From the NCBI GenBank assembly GCA_031431875.1, contig JANPEF010000048.1, forward strand, positions 1 to 12,074: a DNA stretch of 12,074 bases, read 5' to 3'. This document shows, in pieces, positions 7,924 through 12,074 of the stretch. Made by a program: the position numbers and the translations under genes. The number at the start of each line of letters is the position of its first letter. Within the stretch, counting starts at the first letter, position 1. The notes beneath the pieces were generated by a model, which worked only from the letters and a program-made list of their open reading frames with translations, had not been told where the DNA came from and ran no database searches. The stretch comes from Candidatus Eiseniibacteriota bacterium. Its GTDB lineage: Bacteria > Eisenbacteria > RBG-16-71-46 > DASYSL01.

Positions 7924-8429
7924 GAGTAGAGTTCCTCCTCCGTAACGGGATCCGGAATCGCCGCTCCGCCCGTCTGTCCTCCGCGCGCGCGCGCGGAAAA
8001 CATCGGGCCGCGCGCCTGCTGCACTGGGGCGAAGCGCAGGAACCCCGTGTCCTCGACCATGTCGTCGTAGACCGCTTCCATTCCTCCGCGCATGAAGTAA
8101 GTCTCGTGCCAGAAGCCCGTGCCGCCTGAGTCCTTGAGGAATGTGCGCCACCACTCGCGGTGCGGTTCGGAGCGCGCCCAGGCCTCGAGCGACTGGAAGT
8201 CGCGCCAGTACTGGCGTATGCCCACGTGCGGCGGGATCAGCGAGAACAACAGGTTCTCGTGCAGCAACAATCCATCCGGTCGGGCGCCGACGGCGCTCGC
8301 GATCTTCGGTCCGAAGCCGAACACGGTCTTGAGCCCGGCGAGCGTGTTGACCCGCAGACCGAGGTAGATGACCACAAGATCCGGATAGCCGGACAGGTCC
8401 ACCGTGCGGCGGTTCACCTTCGTCTTCAC
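7920..8429 (-). CDS. DUF4188 / monooxygenase Af470-like (aldoxime-dehydratase-like) protein, 169 aa
   Basis: Motifs LVVIYLGLRVN, QYWRDFQSLEAWARSEPHREWW, GTGFWHETY and EAVY. GTG start at 8429 with GGAGG 5 nt upstream, 1 nt after the upstream stop. Confidence 0.85.
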   Translation of the reverse strand: MKTKVNRRTVDLSGYPDLVVIYLGLRVNTLAGLKTVFGFGPKIASAVGARPDGLLLHENLLFSLIPPHVGIRQYWRDFQSLEAWARSEPHREWWRTFLKDSGGTGFWHETYFMRGGMEAVYDDMVEDTGFLRFAPVQQARGPMFSARARGGQTGGAAIPDPVTEEELYS

Positions 8430-8430
8430 G

Positions 8431-8835
8431 TCATCCTCCGTTTCTGGCGGGCAGCCAGCCTCCGCCACGCGCGATAGGTCGACCGTCGAGCGCGACGCGC
8501 ACCGCATGCTTCGCCAGCAGCCGCGTCGAGTCCAGCACGGGCAGCGGCAGCATCGGGGCGATCGCCTCGAGCACGAGGTGCGCGGTGTTGTCCGGGCAGA
8601 CGTAGAAGTCCGCGCCGGCCGCGACGACCTGGCGAACGCCGGCGGCGAGGTGCACGCCGACGGCCGCGTGATCGCCGGCCTCCCAGCCGGGCATGCTGAG
8701 CCCCATCGGAATCGCGCTGACGACGATCGGCGGGTGCATGTGCGGTCCGATCTGCTGCCCGCCCTCGCGGCAGGCGGTGAGAAAACACAGGGCGCCGCCT
8801 TCGGCGCTGTGGGCCACGATGCCGATGGTTTTCAC
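8431..8835 (-). CDS. Aspartate/glutamate racemase family homolog with an internal deletion (134 aa, single domain); possibly a pseudogene
   Basis: GTG 8835 with GAGGA upstream. MKTIGIVAHSAEG N-terminus, GADFYVCPDNTAH first catalytic Cys motif, then LPLP joined directly to the family C-terminal VLDSTRLLAKHAV. The LLGT and GCTE segments are absent. Confidence 0.82.
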   Translation of the reverse strand: MKTIGIVAHSAEGGALCFLTACREGGQQIGPHMHPPIVVSAIPMGLSMPGWEAGDHAAVGVHLAAGVRQVVAAGADFYVCPDNTAHLVLEAIAPMLPLPVLDSTRLLAKHAVRVALDGRPIARGGGWLPARNGG

Positions 8836-8854
8836 GCGGGGATCCTCGGCCGTC

Positions 8855-9469
8855 TCATGCGACGTTCTCCTCGATCCAGCCCGTGAGGTACGTGCGGTAG
8901 TCAATGAAGGTGAGACTCCCGACACGATCCCCGAGCCGCCGGCACATCTTCTCGAGATCGGGGCGAAACCGCAGGTAGTGACGCTCGATCGTCCCCGCGG
9001 TCGGGAAGTGACGCCCCTGTCGCGCAGCCTGAAGCCAGTTCCTGGTGGCCGCGATCGCATCCGAAATGCGGTTGTGGTGGGCCCGAATGTCCTGCCCGGC
9101 AATGTCCGAGCAGAACTTCTGGTAGCGGTGTCGATCGCGCTCGAGGATGAGGCACGACTTGAGACCTTGTTCCTCTCCACCGTAGTACTTGGCCCCGAGG
9201 AACACTCCCAGCTCGAGAGGCATGTTGAACCGCGGCAGACGATTCGTCCGGTCGAGCGTGGTGCGCGACAGGTCGTGGATGCCCAGGGGGCATTCGTGAA
9301 TGAGTTCGAGCAGTTTCTCGAATCTCGTCTGGCTTCCGTCATCGCCGTCGAGCGCGCACCGCGCGATGAATCCACACTCGTGCACGGTGTATACGAGGGC
9401 TTGAAAGAGCTTCGTGTAGTGACGATCAAAGGGGACGTTCAGGAATACGCTCTCGGACTTCGGTGTCAT
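8855..9469 (-). CDS. Stand-alone TIR-like / nucleoside-deoxyribosyltransferase-fold protein (Cap12/PycTIR-like motifs), 204 aa
   Basis: ATG 9469. First strand VFLNVPFD, then IHDLS, PRFNMPLELGVFLG (resembles the PRxNVxFELGxFxG motif of PF10137 TIR-like domains, Glu86 at 9212-9214) and SDIAG (resembles PSDLxG). About 60-aa helical C-terminal tail. Lower GC than the flanks. CDS confidence is high; fold assignment is moderate. Confidence 0.78.
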   Translation of the reverse strand: MTPKSESVFLNVPFDRHYTKLFQALVYTVHECGFIARCALDGDDGSQTRFEKLLELIHECPLGIHDLSRTTLDRTNRLPRFNMPLELGVFLGAKYYGGEEQGLKSCLILERDRHRYQKFCSDIAGQDIRAHHNRISDAIAATRNWLQAARQGRHFPTAGTIERHYLRFRPDLEKMCRRLGDRVGSLTFIDYRTYLTGWIEENVA

Positions 9470-9503
9470 GGCGGACCGCCGGGGGGCGGGAAGGGGCGCC
9501 GCG

Positions 9504-9770
9504 CTACTTCTGCTTGGAGGATCGGACGACGACCTGCTTGCCCGCCGTGGCCTTGCTCGATTTCGAACGCGCTCTCGAAGCGGACTTCGTCGCCACAGGC
9601 ACGATCTGGCCGAGATACTTCTCACGAAGCTCCCGTGACTTGGCCGGACTCAGCACGATGAACTTGCCCTTCGGGCGATCTCCCCGGACGGCCCGGGCCG
9701 CGGCACGTGCCTCGAGGAGAGTCACGCCTCGGGCCTTCTTGTTCTTGATGGAGACGGATTCACTCTTCAC
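9504..9770 (-). CDS. Small, very basic hypothetical protein (88 aa), possible nucleic-acid binder or antitoxin
   Basis: GTG 9770 preceded by GGGAGGT and a sigma70-like promoter. It fills the gap between fadJ and the TIR-like gene. 14 Lys + 10 Arg against 5 acidic residues; the Lys richness argues against a shadow ORF in GC-rich DNA. Confidence 0.72.
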   Translation of the reverse strand: MKSESVSIKNKKARGVTLLEARAAARAVRGDRPKGKFIVLSPAKSRELREKYLGQIVPVATKSASRARSKSSKATAGKQVVVRSSKQK

Positions 9771-9808
9771 AAGACCTCCCAGGGGGCCGACCGGCGGCGG
9801 CTACGATG

Positions 9809-9838
9809 AGAATACGCCCGCCCTTGCCCCGGCTTCAA
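9809..9838 (-). promoter_or_regulatory. Sigma70-type promoter TTGAAG-N18-TATTCT
   Basis: -35 TTGAAG at 9838-9833 (contains the fadJ TGA stop), 18-nt spacer, -10 TATTCT at 9814-9809, 38 nt upstream of the GTG at 9770. Confidence 0.6.
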
Positions 9839-12045
9839 CTCACGAACTCGGATCGGAAGCTCACCCGCTCCTGGCTCATGCGCACCAGCAGCTCGCACGG
9901 CGCGAAGCGTGCGCCGTGTTCCTTCTCGAGGCCGCGCAAGCGCTCGACGACCGAGGGCAGACCGAGCACGTCGGCGTGGCGCAACAGTCCGCCGCGGAAG
10001 GGCGGGAAGCCGGTGCCCATGATCATCGCCAGGTCGACCAGCGCCGAGGTGGCGACGACGCGCTCCTCGAGGCAGCGGGCGGCTTCGTTCACCATGGCGA
10101 GCAGCATGCGCTCGCGCCACGCGACCGGGCCGGCCTGGATGACTTCGCGCGACGGGCGGTCGGCCAGCGGATACACGGCCGGATCGGGCGTGGTTTCCTT
10201 GCCGCGATAACGATAGAAGCCGAGCCCGTTCTTCTTGCCGCTGCGGCCTCCCGTCACCATGGGCTCGAGCACGCCGGCGGGGTCGACGCGGTCGCCGAAC
10301 GCCGCGCCCAGGATGTGCGAGACCTTGTCGGCCACGTCGAGCCCGATCTCATCCAGCAGGCGCAGCGGCCCCATCGGCATTCCGAACTCGGTCATCGACG
10401 CATCCAGCGCCTCGATGTGCACGCCCTCACGGAACAGGTGCAGCCCTTCGTTGAGGTACGGCATGAGGATGCGGTTGACGAGAAAGCCGGGCGCGTTCTG
10501 CACGACGACCGGCGTCTTTCCCAGGCGGCGCGTGAGCGCGACGGCGGTCTCCATCGCCGCCGGCGCGGTGCGCTTGCCGACGATGACCTCGACCAGCGGC
10601 ATGCGGTCGACCGGATTGAAGAAGTGGAGACCCACGAGCCGCGACGGATCGCGCATCCGTGACGCCATCGCATCGATATCGAGCGAAGAGGTGTTGGTCA
10701 TCAGGATCGCGTGCGCCGGGAGCAGGGCCTCGACCTCGGCGAGCACGGCCTGCTTCACCTCCATCTTCTCGACGATGGCCTCGATCGCGACATCAAGTCG
10801 CGCGAAGCCGGCGAAGTCGGTGGTGCCCGCGATGCGGCGCATGAGCTTGTCAGCTCCCGCCGGCGACAGCCGGCGGCGCCTTACACGACGTGCGAAGACC
10901 TCGTACGCAGCACGCAGGCCCTTCCCCACCGCCTCCGGCGCGACGTCCTTCATCCGCACGTCGACGCCCGCATCGGCCAGCACCTGCGCGATGCCGCCGC
11001 CCATCGTGCCCGCGCCCAGCACGGCCGCAGCGTTCACGGGCACCGCGGCGGGCGTAGGCGGCTCCTTCTTCACCGCTTCACCGAGGAAGAACAGCGCGGT
11101 GAGGTTCTTGTGCTCGGGCGTGACCAGCAGGCGGCCGCAGGCGCGCGCTTCGGCGGCCAGCGCGTCGGGAATCGGTCCGCGCATCGTCGTCGGCAACAGG
11201 TCGAGGATCTCGAGCGGCGCGGGGTAGTTACCCTTGGTCTCCTTGAGCACGCCCTTCTTCGCCTGGCCGAACACGAACGCGCGCCCGAGCGGGTTGTTCT
11301 CGAGCAGCCAGGGCGGCAGCGGCGCGCTCGCCTTCTTGCGCGCCGCCGCACGGGTCGCGAGAACGCGGCCGTAGGCGGCGGCATCGAGTCGCGTCGACAA
11401 CCACGTGATCGCGCGCGTCGTGAAGTCTTCCTTGGGCAACAGGTCGTCGGCGAGTCCGGCCTTGAGTGCGCGCTTCGCGTCGAGCGTCTTCCCGGTGAGG
11501 ATCAAGTCGAGCGCGGTGGTCAGCCCGACCAGGCGCGGCAGGCGTGTCGAGCCGCCAAAGCCGGGCAGGATTCCCAGTCGCACTTCGGGCAGGCCGATCC
11601 CTGTCTTCTCGAAGTCCGACACGACGCGGAAGCGACACGCGAGCGCGAGCTCGGTGCCGCCGCCCAGGCACGCGCCGTCGATCGCTGCGAGCGTGGGGAA
11701 CGGCAGCGTGGCCAGCCGCTGGAAGATGGCCTGCCCGCGCGCGGCCGCCGCTTCGCCCTGCTCGGGCGTGCGAATGTCCCAGATCTCGTGCACGTCGGCG
11801 CCGGCGACGAAGGTGCGCGGCTTGCCGCTGGTGACGACGAGCCCGCGCAGGCCGACGTGTGGCAGGCGCCCGAGCAGGCTCGCGAGTTCCTCGAGCACCG
11901 CGCTGGCGAGGATGTTGACGCGCGCGTCGGGCACGTCGAGCGTGAGCACGCCGAGGCCGTCGACGCCCGGCGCCAGGTCGACGCGCCACGCGCGGCCCGG
12001 CTCGGGGAGCGTGTGACGCGGCGTCGCGACGGGGGCGGTGGTCAT
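9835..12045 (-). CDS. fadJ: Fatty acid oxidation complex alpha subunit (enoyl-CoA hydratase / 3-hydroxyacyl-CoA dehydrogenase), FadJ/FadB family
   Basis: Crotonase motifs FVAGADV, GACLGGGTELALAC and GLPEVRLGILPGFGGSTRL. GNYPAP linker. Rossmann motif VLGAGTMGGGIA, plus IEAIVE, NTSSL, GLHFFNPV, PGFLVNRIL, GMPMGP and GFPPFRGG. SD GGAGG upstream of ATG 12045. Confidence 0.95.
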   Translation of the reverse strand: MTTAPVATPRHTLPEPGRAWRVDLAPGVDGLGVLTLDVPDARVNILASAVLEELASLLGRLPHVGLRGLVVTSGKPRTFVAGADVHEIWDIRTPEQGEAAAARGQAIFQRLATLPFPTLAAIDGACLGGGTELALACRFRVVSDFEKTGIGLPEVRLGILPGFGGSTRLPRLVGLTTALDLILTGKTLDAKRALKAGLADDLLPKEDFTTRAITWLSTRLDAAAYGRVLATRAAARKKASAPLPPWLLENNPLGRAFVFGQAKKGVLKETKGNYPAPLEILDLLPTTMRGPIPDALAAEARACGRLLVTPEHKNLTALFFLGEAVKKEPPTPAAVPVNAAAVLGAGTMGGGIAQVLADAGVDVRMKDVAPEAVGKGLRAAYEVFARRVRRRRLSPAGADKLMRRIAGTTDFAGFARLDVAIEAIVEKMEVKQAVLAEVEALLPAHAILMTNTSSLDIDAMASRMRDPSRLVGLHFFNPVDRMPLVEVIVGKRTAPAAMETAVALTRRLGKTPVVVQNAPGFLVNRILMPYLNEGLHLFREGVHIEALDASMTEFGMPMGPLRLLDEIGLDVADKVSHILGAAFGDRVDPAGVLEPMVTGGRSGKKNGLGFYRYRGKETTPDPAVYPLADRPSREVIQAGPVAWRERMLLAMVNEAARCLEERVVATSALVDLAMIMGTGFPPFRGGLLRHADVLGLPSVVERLRGLEKEHGARFAPCELLVRMSQERVSFRSEFVS

Positions 12046-12074
12046 CGCGCGACCTCCACCACGACGGCGGCACC
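12042..12074 (-). CDS. Acetyl-CoA C-acyltransferase (3-ketoacyl-CoA thiolase, FadI-like), last 10 codons only
   Basis: Minus strand reads GAAVVVEVAR-TGA, matching the thiolase C-terminal G-A-A-x-V-x-E strand. Its TGA overlaps the fadJ ATG (ATGA), as in fadI-fadJ operons. Confidence 0.65.
   Translation of the reverse strand, partial: GAAVVVEVAR

Noticed and set aside
8836..9429. N-terminal extension of the racemase ORF (332 aa in the track), suggesting a fusion or frameshift with the TIR-like gene
   Set aside because: The extension is a Ser/Arg/Thr-rich off-frame reading of the TIR-like gene. The racemase has its own SD and GTG at 8835, and I see no slippery site.
8693..9661. 322-aa plus-strand ORF opposite the TIR-like gene
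   Set aside because: Codon-aligned antisense frame overlapping three better-supported minus-strand genes, with no motif.
9463..12073. Alternative-frame and antisense ORFs over fadJ (9463-10662, 9767-10120, 10235-11227, 11228-12073 and others)
   Set aside because: They overlap the clearly identified fadJ and have low-complexity Arg/Pro/Ser-rich translations.

Overview
A high-GC (~70% by eye) diderm bacterial segment in which every credible gene lies on the minus strand. In transcription order (right to left): the 3' end of a probable thiolase (fadI-like) coupled to a FadJ/FadB fatty-acid oxidation alpha subunit; a lower-GC two-gene cassette with its own sigma70-like promoter, encoding an 88-aa very basic protein and a 204-aa stand-alone TIR-like protein (Cap12/PycTIR-type motifs); an Asp/Glu racemase homolog missing its whole second domain; a DUF4188 protein; a VOC/glyoxalase protein; a tamB-Omp85 (TamA-like) operon; an intergenic region with two long imperfect palindromes; a doubtful small ORF; and the 5' end of a secreted protein. 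The best candidates for new biology are the basic protein + orphan TIR-like pair (possible defence or toxin-antitoxin module), the in-frame half racemase, and the two palindromes at 326-378 and 416-514. All family calls are from motif recognition by eye; no searches were run.
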